A stretch of DNA of 64,000 nt, from assembly GCF_963921235.1 (NCBI RefSeq), contig NC_086097.1, positions 193,008,001-193,072,000 of the forward strand. The letters are read 5' to 3'. The notes beneath the pieces are model-generated. The model ran no database searches. It was not told the origin of the DNA and worked only from the letters and a program-made list of their open reading frames with translations. This DNA comes from Mobula hypostoma (taxonomy: Eukaryota). Below are positions 1-14,392 of this stretch, one piece after another. The position numbers and the translations under genes are program-made. How positions within the stretch are numbered: position 1 is the first letter of the stretch; each line of letters starts with the position of its first letter.

Positions 1-2044
1 GATCAACAGATCTTAAAAGAGATTATAAACCTTTATTTCAATGATGTTTGCAGAAGTTTGTTACATCATTAGAATATATGAACAGAATGAGGTGGCTTAA
101 CCTTTTGAAGACTGGTTTGCACTTAATGAGAATGTGGTTGTTTTGGCTTAACTCTACATCTTCCAAATCACTTCATAATTTTGGTTAACAAAAGATTATC
201 AGGAGAAGATTTAAAGTTAATATTTGACATAATGCAAATTGCCATTTATGAAAGAAATACATTTTTATACCAGCCTTTCTATGTAAAAATGCAACCTAAC
301 TTCATTCCTGAAAGGGTCAGCTCCACATTTAACATGATATTCTCTTGTTTTAGATTTCCCAGAAGGGGCAAGTAGTTCCGGCATAAGTCCCTTAAAGTCA
401 AATTATGTGTGTGTGTCAATCTCCTGCGCTGTTCTACAGGCTGATTTGTGATCAGGTATGGTCTTCATGTGGGTCTGCTGCCAGATAGGGAATAATTTTG
501 TATGTCAACAAAATTAAGTTTCCATTTAAAATGCCAGAATTCTGCTTTTATTTTAAGAAGATTCTTTTTTGACAAATATGGATAAGGATTACACCTTTCA
601 ACCCCTTAAATATGTTCTTTCTCTCAGGACTAGAGACATCAGGGCCAAATTGCTTTTCAAATTCCATCCGTCTCCCTTAGTTCTATATAATTTATAATCT
701 TATAGTAGAATGGGCCTTTCCTTCTTATCCCATACAAAAGCTTTCCATCAATTATCACTGACTTCATAATCGCATAACCCTCAGTTATGTCACCCCAACT
801 TTCTGTGTTTCAGGGAATACAAACATAGTCCATGTAATCGGTCCTCATAATAAGATCTTTGAAGTCCTGAAAATATTTATTGAACTCTGCACTAAATCCT
901 TCCTGATTTTTATTTGTGTTTACAGGAAAAATAATATTTAGAATTCTCCACACCGGGGTTGGGGGACAAGGAGGCGGAATTGTATGGGTGTTCTGTCATC
1001 TGCATATCAGGAAAATCAAAGGATATAGAGATGATGCAGGAAAGTGGTGTTGAGAAAGGAGATTAGGCATGGCCTTTATTAATGCTTAAACAAATTCAAA
1101 GGACCAGATGTCTCCTAGTCCTATTTCTCATGCCTTTATGGCCTTACTTTCCTCCAAAAGAATATTAATATTAGGAGTATAGTTGAAATAAATAGAGAAG
1201 AAAATATAGACTGATATAACATTGCCTTAGCATTAAACCGGTCTATTCATTATGCACAGATGCCGGGAGGCTGCCAGATATGCACAGCATTTGCCAGCAC
1301 TGTCTGCTTCCCTTCCAGCATGAGCAATGCATTATATTTAAGATAAACAATTGAAAATACTTTTAAAAAATTAAATGTGGAACAAGCCATATTATATCTG
1401 AGCAACTTAAGAAAAGTAATAGGTAACTTGATTGAAGCATACCGTAGAAAGCGCTGAGAGATTTTGACAGGATAGAATTGAAGAGAATGTTTCCTCTTAC
1501 GAGGGATTTTAGAATTGAAAGTATGAATCATTTTCTTCAATTATGGTGAAAAGCTTTATAGAATCAAAACTAAAACTTCATAAGGTATTTTTCCATGAAG
1601 AAAATATCTTTATGAATGAATGTACCAGTACAAAATCCTCAGTATTCCCAAGCCCTAAAAGAATTGTCCAACAGCGTCAGGCTGGTTTAAAACAGCTAGC
1701 AAAACCTAATAGGAAACATTGCTTCCTTTGGAAATCTACTTCTTGCAGTTTATTCTCAGGAAGACGTTCCTAGACACAGAAGTAAATACAGATCTCATGA
1801 AAATCAATGACCTGATACATTTATCCTTAGTCTATCTCCTCATAGATGCTACCTGATCTGTCAAGTATTCTTACATTCTCTATTTTTATATAAATCAATA
1901 TTCTTATTTTAATATTCCACATACATATTCTATGTTATTTTATTTAAGGAATGAAAGACAGAATAAATTGCAATCTAGGCAATTATAATTAAAATAATAT
2001 AGTTTGCAAAGGTGGCAATGGAAGCTTTTGTACTTTTCCTGGCT

Positions 2045-2265
2045 CTGAGTATTGAGGGAGTACAAATGTGTTGGAGCTATTGTCCTTTGAATGAGACCTA
2101 ATGTGAGGCCACATTTGCCCTCTCTCCCATTCTTCTCAATGAGAGAAGAGCCTCTCATTGTGCCAATAATCTTCTCCTAATTAACACCACTAAAACAGAT
2201 CATCTGGTCATTAACTTATTGCTCTGTGTAGAAATTTGTTTCTCAGTTCCCACACTTCAAAAGTT
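2045..2265 (+). mobile_element. Deu-domain SINE relic (SacSINE/AmnSINE-like)
   Basis: accactaaaacagatcatctggtcatta...ttgct and gagggag...gtcctttgaatgagac...gaggcc...gccctctc resemble the Deu core as recalled. Confidence 0.6.
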
Positions 2266-2279
2266 ATGTTCCTCTTTGA

Positions 2280-2560
2280 TACAGTCCTCAAGTTGAGGAG
2301 CACTTGCTTCCATTAATGTTCTGTGGGTTCTGAGGCAGCAGATAAATCAATGTGAGACCCAGAGACTCCCACAGTTGCTGCAGGAAGTTCTTGATTAGTG
2401 TCTTTGACTAAGCACATAGGTTCTGCAGTTTATTCTAGCCTTCTGTGTGTTCTTGATGAAGGGGCTCAAAGTTCTCAGTGCCATCCAGAATACCCCTACT
2501 CTATATTGTGTGGTCATTGACCAGGTAATCCAAAGCATTGCTCCAAGAACATCCTTAAAT
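2280..2560 (-). mobile_element. old RTE-like LINE 3' relic
   Basis: gtcctc...ttgaggagcacttgcttcca...gtgggttctgagg...gagacccagagactc resembles RTE 3' ends; no intact ORF. Confidence 0.4.
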
Positions 2561-2640
2561 CAGTTCCTCTGTTTCTTGCGAGGATGGAGAGATTTCTTTC
2601 TCTGGGAGTCCAGTGTCAAGCATGTAAACAATGTAACTGG

Positions 2641-2675
2641 ACATGCACACACACGCGCGCGCACACACACACACA
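2641..2675. repeat. (CA)n(CG)n(CA)n alternating purine-pyrimidine microsatellite
   Basis: acatgcacacacacgcgcgcgcacacacacacaca. Confidence 0.9.
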
Positions 2676-5159
2676 GGCATCATTTGCTCACTGCAACTAC
2701 ATGGCCAAGATTGGAGCGATCTTTATTCCAAAGTGATGATAATATAGGTTAAGTCGATTGTACTTGTCCAGTAGACTAGCTGCTCTCAGCAGGGATCTCA
2801 TTAGAGATGAGGTTTAATATTGTCACAAGAAAAATTGAATAAAATTTTGAGGTGATAATGGATTGTTTCTTGCCTGGAAATTGGGCTCATCAGTTAAGAT
2901 TGTAACTTTCATGCCATATGAAGGATAGAGATTAATTTCTAATGGTAGCAACATTTTTAAGGAGAATTCACAGACTCTCTAAATTGTTAGAGTCAAAATC
3001 TTGTGAATCTTAGCTTGTAACTCTGTTGTGTGTTGCCAGGCACTGAGTTCTAAAATAGAATAGACGCAATTTACCATTTCTGCTCTATTGACAACCAATG
3101 CACCAATCTTATTAACAGTATGCTAAGATTTCAAAATGCAAGGAAACCCATGCAATTCATTTGAGATACCGAGATTAAAACATGAAATGGCTTAATTTTT
3201 AATGCATTTGATTTTTTTCTGTGCAATGTATTAAAAAATCAGTCGCTTATTGAACCAAAAGTTCCAATAAAGTATTCTTTGAATTGTTATCCTCAGCTTC
3301 CAGAGATAAGGTACTGATTGGCAAAGTACTTAATTCAATATTTAATTAAATCAGGATGTTCATTCTAAGATACCACTTATAAAGCAATAACATTAGGCGT
3401 AAAGGCAGCTTTTGTAAGTATAATTTTTTTGCAGTCAATACCATAGTCAAGTGACTTTTGGTGTCAAATTGTGATAAATACCTTTGTAATTCTCATAGAA
3501 GCATATGAATTGACCTAGTATTTCTTCACTTTTACTAGTGACAGAAACGGATAATGTTTCAATCTCAGTGTTAGCGCTGAGTTTAAGGCTCTTTTCAAAT
3601 TACTTCTACATCTTTTATTAAAGGCTCTGTCTAAGCTTTTAGAGAAATGTCAGGCATGTACATGAAAACTGGTACCTGGAGATAAAAACTTGCAATCTAT
3701 AAGTGTCCTGATAATAGAGATACAATAATTATTTATCATTCACAAAATACAGCCAGGATTAGTTTCTGCTTTATCAAAGCCAGAAAGAAGATATTAATGT
3801 GGTTTGTTTCCGTCAGGAGACTTTCTGCCAGGTTTCTGGTAACTACTTGATAATGTCTTAGTGATGGAGTGGAGTATCTATTATACAGCATGAAAACAAG
3901 TCCTTCATTCCAACTGGTTCAGGACAACCAAGATGACACCTCCGTCTAATCCAATCTGACAATGCTTGCCTCATGACCTTCTGAAACTTCCCAGTCCTGT
4001 CCAACTCTCTCACTCAATCCTCACCTGAGGATGTGCTGGGACAGTCAACAAGTGCCACCACACATTCCAGCACACGTATGACAAACCCTCAATGCTTGGC
4101 AGTGCAATTCACAACACAACAAAACAGAATACGACTCGTGACAAAACAACAACAGCAAAACAAGTCCTGCTCCTCCTTCCCACCCAACCACTCATGCACA
4201 TGCAAGTCCTCAAACCCCAGGGCATGCCACTTTTGGCCTCCAGCCCCCAGTAGACTCAAACATACAGAGAGTGGGCCTTCATCTTCCCCAGCAGACTCAT
4301 AGAGATTTGCAGACTTGAGACTCTAGCCATCGGGCTTCGACTTCTGGAATTCGGTCAACATTCAGGCTTCGTTCTTTGGTCTCAACCCCAGGACCTGTTG
4401 ATCACTGAATGCTAGGCTCCAACCTCAAGACTCACAGATGACAGGAACTCTGGTCTCACCAGTTCAGGTGCCCAGCGGGGTCACTGGCCATCATTCCTCC
4501 TGAGTTACCTGGAGTTGTCTGGGAGGGGAATGAAATCCTTTCAGTTCTCTCAGACGAAAGTTAGTGATATCATACTGCAAAGCCGCAAGTTCACATGCTT
4601 GGATGGAGCAATTCTGTTTTGAGGAGAGAATGGAGAGGCTAAATCCATTTTCCCTGGAGTGGGAGGTGGGGGCTTAGAGGGAACATGATTGAGGTGTAAA
4701 AAATTATGATGGATATACTGTAGCTAGAATTATTTTTCTATGGCTTATCAGAAGTAGATAGAACTAGAAGACAAAGGTTTAGGGTAAAGGGGAAGAGATT
4801 CCAAGGATACTTAAGGGAGACCTTCTCCATCCAGAAAGTGTATGCCCAGAGAGTGGTTAAAGCATGGCAGGTTAATCTGTAAATTCATTTTGTATGGTAT
4901 TCAGCAGGAATTGGGCATACTCAAAGTGAAAACACATAGTCTTTTTCCCAAGGAGGGTGTGTTGAAAACAATGTGCCCATCCCAACCACTATTTCTGGCA
5001 GATCATTCCAAATATGCACAAGAATTTACATGAAGAAACTGCCCCTGATTACTCTTAAATCTCATGCTTCTAATCTTAACCCTATGCTCTCTGGTTTTTA
5101 CCACCCTCTCCTTGGGAAAAAGATTATCTGTTTTCACTCTATCTATAATCTTATGTACG

Positions 5160-5940
5160 TAAGAACATAGAACATAATAAATAGGAGCAGGAGTAGCCAT
5201 TTGGCCCATCGAGCCTGCTCTGATATTCAATAAGATCATGGCTGTCTGACCATGGACTCATCTCCACCTACCTGCCTTATTCCCATAACCTTTAATTCAC
5301 CTACTATGCAATAATCTATCCAACCTTGTCTTAAGTATATATACTGAAGTAGCATCCACTGCTTCATTTGGCAGAGAATTCCACGGATTCACCTCTCTTT
5401 GGTAAAAGCAGTTCCTTCTCATCTCTGCCTTAAATTTACTCCCCCAAAATCTTGAGGCTATGTTCCCTAGCTCTAGTCTCACCTACTAGTGGAAACAACT
5501 TTCATAATTTTATATGTTTCTATAAGATCTCCTCTCATTCTGCTGAATTCCAGTGAGTATAGTCCCAGACGACTCAATCTCTCCTCATAGTCCAACCCCC
5601 TAATCTCTGGAATCAATCATCTCTGCACCGCCTCCAAAGCCAGTATATCCTTCCTCAAGTAAGGGGAATAGAACTGCACACAGTACTCCAGATACAGCCA
5701 CACCAGTACCCTGTACAGTTGCAGCATAACCTCTCTGCTCTTAAACTCGATCCCTCTAGCAATGAAGGCCAACATCCCATTTGCCTTCTTGATAGTCTAC
5801 TGCACCTGCAAACCAACCTTTTGCAATTCATGCACAAGCACTCCCAAGTCCCTCTGCAGAGCAGCGTGCTGCAACCTTTTACCACTTGAATTTACTCTTC
5901 CATTTTTCCTTCCAAAGTGGATGACCTTGCATTTACCAAC
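5160..5940 (-). mobile_element. CR1 LINE 3' fragment, nested in older CR1 debris
   Basis: Minus ORF FKAEMRRNCFYQREVNPWNSLP; 3'UTR and tail aagaacatagaacata at the left end. Confidence 0.85.
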
Positions 5941-6459
5941 AGGTCTCTAACAGTTCACCCCTCAATCTCCAAAATTAAAGGGAATAAAGTCTTAGTCTAT
6001 GCAACTTTTTCTTATTCAGTCCCCTAAGTCCATGCAACGTTCCAGTAAATCTTCAAAAGCAGTAATGTTTATTTACAAGAGTGCATGGACTGTGTACATG
6101 TTGAACCTCTGACTTTGTGGACAAGCTAAATGTACTGTAAGAGCAAGGAGTTCATGCTAGAACTGTAGATGACTGCTAATATACTGTGCACAATACTAGT
6201 AATGAATTGCTGCAAGACTTTCATTACATAATTAGTTATTTGATTACTTGACGGGCAACAAGCATTAGAGAGGGTGCAGAAGAGTTTGATCAGAAAGATA
6301 CAAGTGCTGAAGAATTATTGTTATGAGCTCAGACTGATCAGGCTGAGGGTGTTTTCTTTATAATCAAGGGTCAAATTGAGATGAATGAAGCTGTCAGAAA
6401 GGCCCTTGGTCAATGGCTAAGTTCAAGATTTAAGTTAATTGTTGGAGAATGGAGAGAAT

Positions 6460-7073
6460 TGAGGGAGGAGAGAGAGCAACACGCTGCGCCTGCGCAGTCC
6501 TCCGGTGAAAAATGATATCGTATCTGTTAAATAGGGGCCATGGACAATTCTGATTTGATGGAGATGGACATGAAAGCACAGAGGAAAAAAATTTCTGAAT
6601 TGCCAGTTCGCTGCTGTTCACTGCGCGGTCAGGAATCTTTCGGAGGGAAGGTTTCAAAATCCCCGGCTTTGCCTGGTGTTGGCGACCGAGATGGAGGTCG
6701 AATCGTTCGGATAGAGATGGTGCTCAGTACTCGGTGTCGGAGAGTTGATCAGAGCTCGAAGTTTTCGGATGACTCAGAGTTGGACCATGGTTGGGTATGC
6801 CAGGGAGAGTTTTTCTTCCTTCTCCCATCTGCATGAGATGTGGGACATTTGAGAGACTTTGAACTTTTTACTGTGCTCGTGGACTTCTTCATCAAGTTAT
6901 GGTATTGTTGCACTGTTATAACTATATGTTATAATTATGTGGTTTTGTTAGTTTTTTTCATTTTTGGTCTGTCCTGTGTTTTGTGATATCACACCAGAGG
7001 AAATATTGTATTATTTATTAATGCATGCATTCCTAAATGACAATAAAAGAGGACTGCATATCTTCATAATCTA
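6460..7073 (+). mobile_element. CpG-rich non-autonomous SINE-like element with Rex1-type tail, inserted in a CR1 relic
   Basis: GC/CpG-rich body ending gacaataaaagaggactg...cataatct followed by an A-run; degraded CR1 sequence on both sides. Confidence 0.55.
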
Positions 7074-9371
7074 AAAAAAAAGAATGTCACCTAAAAAAAA
7101 GGAGGGAATCTGAAATTCAGGAGTGATGATGGCGGAAAGAAGGTACCCAGATGAGAACTTAAAGAGTCATATTTTACAACACCGCAGATTAAGATCTAGG
7201 AAGAAGTGGGTGTAACCTAAGTAACTCCATTTTTGATTAGCATTGCCTAATTGAACTGCCGTGTGTCCTCCTGTACAATAAAGATCAATGATTTTCTGCA
7301 GCGACAGTGCTGGCATCAGCCTTCCATTATGTAATTTGTTTATGCTACAAATTTCCAGTCTTCATCCACAACCACAGGTCACATGTGACATCCACCTGTC
7401 AGCCCTAGGGCTGATCTTGGTAGGCTTTATCTTTTGCTATATTTCTTTTGATTTTGAGAGAATTCTCTGGAGCTCTCTACCAGTGAGTTATGAAGACTAA
7501 GGCAACACACACAAATCACCGGAGATTTGGATTTCCAGCCTCTGCAGATTTTCTCACGTTTGGGAGTTATGAAGACTAGATCATTAGAAATATTTATACA
7601 GAAGATTGAAGTTTTTTTTTGAAAGGTCAAGGGATTGAGTTCAATGGGAATTAGCAGAGACCTCAGATAGATCAGACATGATCATGTTAAATGACAGGAC
7701 TGGTTTGACGAGCCAGGTGGTCTACTCTTAGTCTTATAAGTTGATGAATTCAATATGAATGAAGGAGGATTTTGTTAGCATGTTTCCTAAGATAAATACT
7801 GCATACCATTAGCTTATCACATTTCATATAAACCTTACAGTGACTAGTAGAAATAGGAATAGTTTAGCACAAACCATATCACTCTTCACAGACCAATGCA
7901 ATGAACCACACAAACTTATTTTTCTTAACTTTAAAAAAGCCTTGATTAGGAAGATGAATATGACCTTCCGACATTTTACAGAGTTACAAGATATTTTTCT
8001 AACTGATCATTACCGTGTAAGTACTTTAAAATAACATGTGACTCGGCAATAGGAAAACAACATCTGTTTCATAAAAATACTGTTCTTTTAATGTTTTCTA
8101 ATCAGATTGAGATATTGAAGCGTCATTAACAACAGAATGCAGCATTCACAAAAATGATATCACTTGGAAATAGCAGCTGAACTCCATTCGGTATCCATGG
8201 CAATACTCATGAAATTAACATCAAAAGAATATTCCCTGTTGTGTCATTTGCTCATTTTGTGGCACATACAGTGCCTTTGATGAACGTGCTAAGCAAGAAT
8301 GCCAAATTTTGAGTACAATATTTGTAACAAGATTTACGTTGCCATCTCTGTTCAAACATATGTTTGGTGTCTGGTTTGTGCTAATCTGAGTCCTTCAAAT
8401 GCAACTGATTCAAAGTTCAAAAAAGTTTAAAGTAAATATATTATCAAAGTCCATATATATATCACCATATACAAAGCTGAGATTCATTTTCTTGCAGACA
8501 TTCTCATTAAAACCATAATAGAATCAATGAAAGATCTCACCAACTTGGGCATTCAACTAGTGTGAAAAAGATAACAAACTGTGCAAGTACAAAAATAAAT
8601 TGATAATACTAATAAATAAATAAGCAATAAATATCAAGAATATGAGATGAGGAGTCCTTGAAAGTGAGTCCATAGGCTGTGAGAACATTTCAATGATAGG
8701 ACAAGTAAAACTGAGTGAAGTTATCCCCTTTAGTTCAAGATCCTGATGGACGAATGGTGATAACTGTTACTGAACCTGGTGGAGTGAGTTCAAAGTCTCC
8801 AGTACCTTTTTCTTGGTGGCAGCAGTGAGAAGAGAGCATGTCCTGGGTGGTGGGGGTCACTGATGATGGATCCTGCTTGCCTGCAATTGCACTTCATAAA
8901 GATGTGCTCAAAGGTGGGGAGGGCTTTACCTGTAATGGATTGGGCCGTATCCATTACTTTTTATAGGATCTTCCGTTCAAGGGCATTGTTGTTTCCATGC
9001 CAGGCTGGGATGCAGCCAGTCGATATACTCTTCACTACTCATCTACAGAAGTTTGTCAAGGTCCTAGACGTCATGCTAAATCTTTGTAAACTCCTAAGGA
9101 AGCAAGCTGTGCCTCTATTTCACTTATATGCTGGGCCCAGGACAGGTCGCCTGAAATAATAGCACTGAGGAATTTAAAGCTGCTGACCTTCTCCACCTCT
9201 GATCCTCTGATGAGGACTGACTCATGGACATCTGGTTCCCTCCTCCTGAAGTTAGTAATCAGCTCCTTGGTCTTGCTGACATTGTTGTTATGGCATCAGT
9301 CGGCCAGATTTTCAATCTCCCTCCTATATGCTGATTTGTCACCAAAAGTTGTGTCATCAGCAAACTTAAAT

Positions 9372-12300
9372 CCGGCACAGAGTCTGGCCCTGTAGCTCAG
9401 AAGGGTAGGGCAAGGAAGAGGAGGGCAGTTGTGATAGGGGACTCAATAGTAAGGGGGTCAGATAGGCGATTCTGTGGACGCAGTCCAGAGACCCGGATGG
9501 TAGTTTGCCTCCCTGGTGCCAGGGTCCGGGATATTTCTGATCGTGTCCGATATCCTGAAGTGGGAGGGTGAGGAGCCAGAGGTCGTGGTACATATAGGTA
9601 CCAATGACATAGGTAGGAAAAGGGATGAGGTCCTGAAAGTAGAATATAGGGAGCTATGAAGGGAATTGAGAAGAAGGACCGCAAAGGTAGTAATCTCGGG
9701 ATTGCTGCCTGTGCCACGCGACAGTGAGAGTAGAAATGCGATGAGGTGGAGGATAAATGCATGGCTGAGGGATTGGAGCAGGGGACAGGGATTCAAGTTT
9801 TTGGATCATTGGGACCTCTTTTGGCGCAGGCGTGACCTGTACAAAAAGGACGGGTTACACTTGAATCCTAGGGGGACCAATATCCTGGCAGGGAGATTAG
9901 TGGGGGCTACTGAGGTGACTTTAAACTAGAATGGTTGGGGGGTGGGAATCAAATTAAAGAGGCTAGGCGTGAGGAGGTTAGTTCACAACAGGGGAATGGG
10001 AACTAGTGCAGAGAGACAGAGGGGTGTAAAGTGAGGGTAGAAGCAAAAAGTACTAAGGAGAAAAGTAAAAGTGGCAGGCCGACAAATCCGGGGCAAGCAT
10101 TAAAAAGGGCCACTTTTCAACATAATTGTATAAGGGCTAAGAGAGTTGTAAAAGAGCACCTGAAGGCTTTGTGTGTCAATGCAAGGAGCATTCGTAATAA
10201 GGTGGATGAATTGAAAGTGCAGATTGTTATTAATGATTATGATATAGTTGCGATCACAGAGACATGGCTCCAGGGTGACCAGGGATGGGAGCTCAACGTT
10301 CAGGGATATTCAATATTCAGGAGGGATAGACATGAAGGAAGGGGAGGTGGGGTGGCGTTGCTGGTTAAAGAAGAGATTAACGCAATAGAAAGGAAGGACA
10401 TAAGCCGGGAAGATGTGGAATCGATATGGGTAGAGCTGCGTAACACTAAGGGGCAGAAGACGCTGGTGGGAGTTGTGTACAGGCCACCTAACAGTAGTAG
10501 TGAGGTCGGAGATGGTATTAAACAGGAAATTAGAAATGTGTGCAATAAAGGGACAGCAGTTATAATGGGTGACTTCAATCTACATGTAGATTGGGTGAAC
10601 CAAATTGGTAGAGGTGCTGAGGAAGAGGATTTCTTGGAATGCATGCGGGATGGTTTTTTGAACCAACATGTTGAGGAACCAACTAGAGAGCAGGCTATTC
10701 TGGACTGGGTTTTGAGCAATGAGGAAGGGTTAATTAGCGATCTTGTCGTGAGAGGCCCCTTGGGTAAGAGTGACCATAATATGGTGGAATTCTTCATTAA
10801 GATGGAGAGTGACATAGTTAATTCAGAAACAAAGGTTCTGAACTTAAAGAGGGGTAACTTTGAAGGTATGAGACGTGAATTAGCTAAGATAGACTGGCAA
10901 ATGACACTTAAAGGATTGACGGTGGATATGCAATGGCAAGCATTTAAAGGTTGCATGGATGAACTACAACAATTGTTCATCTCAGTTTGGCAAAAGAATA
11001 AATCAAGGAAGGTAGTGCACCCGTGGCTGACAAAAGAAATTAGGGATAGTATCAATTCCAAAGAAGAAGCATACAAATTAGCCAGAGAAAGTGGCTCACC
11101 TGAGGACTGGGAGAAATTCAGAGTTCAGCAGAGGAGGACAAAGGGCTTAATTAGGAAGGGGAAAAAAGATTATGAGAGAAAATTGGCAGGGAACATAAAA
11201 ACGGACTGTAAAAGCTTTTATAGATATGTAAAAAGGAGAAGACTGGTAAAGACAAATGTAGGTCCCCTGCAGACAGAAACAGGTGAATTGATTATGGGGA
11301 GCAAGGACATGGCAGACCAATTGAATAATTACTTTGGTTCTGTCTTCACTAAGGAGGACATAAATAATCTTCCAGAAATAGTAGGGGACAGAGGGTCCAG
11401 TGAGATGGAGGAACTGAGCGAAATACATGTTAGTAGGGAAGTGGTGTTAGGTAAATTGAAGGGATTGAAGGCCGATAAATCCCCAGGGCCAGATGGTCTG
11501 CATCCTAGAGTGCTTAAGGAAGTAGCCCAAGAAATAGTGGATGCATTAGTGATAATTTTTCAAAACTCATTAGATTCTGGACTAGTTCCTGAGGATTGGA
11601 GGGTGGCTAATATAACTCCACTTTTTAAAAAAGGAGGGAGAGAGAAACCGGGAAATTATAGACCGGTTAGCCTAACGTCGGTGGTGGGGAAACTGCTGGA
11701 GTCAGTTATCAAGGATGTGATAACAGCACATTTGGAAAGCGGTGAAATGATCGGACAAAGTCAGCATGGATTTGTGAAAGGAAAATCATGTCTGACGAAT
11801 CTCATAGAATTTTTTGAGGATGTAACTAGTAGAGTGGATAGGGGAGAACCAGTGGATGTGGTATATTTGGATTTTCAAAAGGCTTTTGACAAGGTCCCAC
11901 ACAGGAGATTAGTGTGCAAACTTAAAGCACACGGTATTGGGGGTAAGGTATTGGTGTGAGTGAAGAATTGGTTAGCAGACAGGAAGCAAAGAGTGGGAAT
12001 AAACAGGACCTTTTCAGAATGGCAGGCGGTGACTAGTGGGGTACCGCAAGGCTCAGTGCTGGGACCCCAGTTGTTTACAATATATATTAATGACTTGGAT
12101 GAGGGAATTAAATGCAGCATCTCCAAGTTTGCGGATGACACGAAGCTGGGTGGCAGTGTTAGTTGTGAGGAGGATGCTAAGAGGATGCAGGGTGACTTGG
12201 ATAGGTTGGGTGAGTGGGCAAATTCATGGCAGATGCAATTTAATGTGGATAAATGTGAAGTTATCCACTTTGGTGGCAAAAATAGGAAAACAGATTATTA

Positions 12301-13066
12301 TCTGAATGGTGGCCGATTAGGAAAAGGGGAGGTGCAATGAGACCTGGGTGTCATTATACACCAGTTATTGAAAGTGGGCATGCAGGTACAGCAGGCGGTG
12401 AAAAAGGCGAATGGTATGCTGGCATTTATAGCGAGAGGATTCGAGTACAGGAGCAGGGAGGTACTACTGCAGTTGTACAAGGCCTTGGTGAGACCACACC
12501 TGGAGTATTGTGTGCAGTTTTGGTCCCCTAATCTGAGGAAAGACATCCTTGCCATAGAGGGAGTACAAAGAAGGTTCACCAGATTGATTCCTGGGATGGC
12601 AGGACTTTCATATGAAGAAAGAGTGGATGAACTGGGCTTGTACTCATTGGAATTTAGAAGATTGAGGGGGGATCTGATTGAAACGTATAAGATCCTAAAG
12701 GGATTGGACAGGCTAGATGCAGGAAGATTGTTCCCGATGTTGGGGAAGTCCAGAACGAGGGGCCACAGTTTGAGGATAGAGGGGAAGCCTTTTAGGACCG
12801 AGATTAGGAAAAACTTCTTCACACAGAGAGTGGTGAATCTGTGGAATTCTCTGCCACAGGAAACAGTTGAGGCCAGTTCATTGGCTATATTTAAGAGGGA
12901 GTTAGATATGGCCCTTGTGGCTACGGGGGTCAGGGGGTATGGAGGGAAGACTGGGGCGGGGTTCTGAGTTGGATGATCAGCCATGATCATAATAAATGGT
13001 GGTGCAGGCTCGAAGGGCCAAATGGCCTACTCCTGCACCTATTTTCTATGTTTCTATGTTTCTATG
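9372..13066 (+). mobile_element. Young 5'-truncated CR1 LINE: ORF1 esterase remnant + nearly intact ORF2 (APE-RT)
   Basis: ORF2 in one frame 10031-12967 with two in-frame TGA (11957, 12338); motifs NARS, ETW, GDFN, SDH, PGPDG, QHGF, GVPQGSVLGP, FADD; ORF1 VIGDS...HIGTND...DGLHLN; tail (tttctatg)3; TSD taaat at 9367-9371 and 13067-13071. Confidence 0.95.
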
Positions 13067-14392
13067 TAAATATGGCATTGGAGCTGTGCTTAGCCACAGT
13101 CATAAGTGCAAAATGAGTCGAGCAAGGGGCCAAACACACAGCCTTGTGGTGCACCAGTGCTAATGGAAATTGTGAAGCAGATGTTGTTGTCAATCTGAAC
13201 TGACTGAGGTCTGCAAATAAGGAAATCAAGGATCCAATTACACAGGGAGGTATTGAGGCCAAGGCCTTGCAGCTTATTGATCAGTTTTGAGGGAATATTA
13301 GTATGAAATGCCAAGCTATGGTTGATAAATAGCATTCTGATGTAATCATCTTTGCTATCCAGATATTCCAAGGCTGATTGAAGAGACAATGAGATGGGAA
13401 CTGCTGTGGACCTGTTGCTCTAGTAGGCAAATTGGAGTAGATCTAAGTTGCTTCTTAGGCAGGAGTTGATATGTTTCATCACCAACTTCTCAAAATACTT
13501 CATCATTGTGGATGTAAGTGCTACTGGATGACTGACATTGAGGCAGATTACCATGCTCTACTTAGGCACCAGTATAACTGGAGGCTGCTTGAAGCAGGTG
13601 GGTACCTCAGACTGTCAAAACAAGAAGTTAAAGATCTCAGTGAAGACTCCAGCCTGTGGATCAGCACAGGTCTTTAGTATTTCACCAGGTACCCCGTATG
13701 GGCTGGATGCTTTTTGTGGGTTCACCCTCCTGCACGTTGTTCACACATCAGCCTCAGAGACTAAAATCACAGGATAATTGGGGGCTGCAGAAGTTCGGAA
13801 TGGTTCCTCTGTGCTTTGACAGTCAAAGCTTGATTTAACTTTATAAGAGGTGATAGTTTTCAAACCCTGTCTCAATTGTCAAGCAGCCTTCATTGATAAG
13901 TTTAGTCCCAAATTGTCACTTCGGCTGTGAGATGGCTTTCCTGAGATCATACCTGGACCTCTTGTAACTTTCCCGGGTCACCAGACTTGAATGACTCTCA
14001 TCCGGCCCTCAGCAGAATGTGGATCTCATGGTTCATCCAAAGCTTCTGGTTGGGGAAGACTTCGACTGATTTTGTGGAGACACAATCATCTACAATAGTT
14101 TTAATAAAGTCCATGACAACCATGTGTTCTTTATTCAGATCCACAGATGAGTCCTTAAACACGACACAGTCCCACGACTCAAAGCAATCCCAGAGGCGCA
14201 GATAGCACCCTCTCTTCCTCCAGCATGTTGTGACTGTTCCCAGAGGCACACCTCTGCCTTCTTTGTTGTCCTCTTCTCTGGAGTTTTGCTCTTTAGCCTC
14301 TTTCTGTAGGCAATTAGAAGAAGAACAGCCAAGTGATCAGATTTACCAAAGTGCAGTCTGGGCATTCCTTAACTTAGAATAACAGTGGCATA

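Noticed and set aside
181..4302. Short ORFs of 60-100 aa at the window start
   Set aside because: No recognisable domains or exon structure; consistent with chance ORFs in intron and repeat debris
10031..12967. CR1 ORF2 as an active or domesticated gene
   Set aside because: Two nonsense codons, a disrupted ORF1 and 5' truncation indicate a young dead copy
10300..12990. Long minus-strand ORFs (258, 134 and 230 aa)
   Set aside because: Antisense shadows of CR1 ORF2 with no independent protein signature
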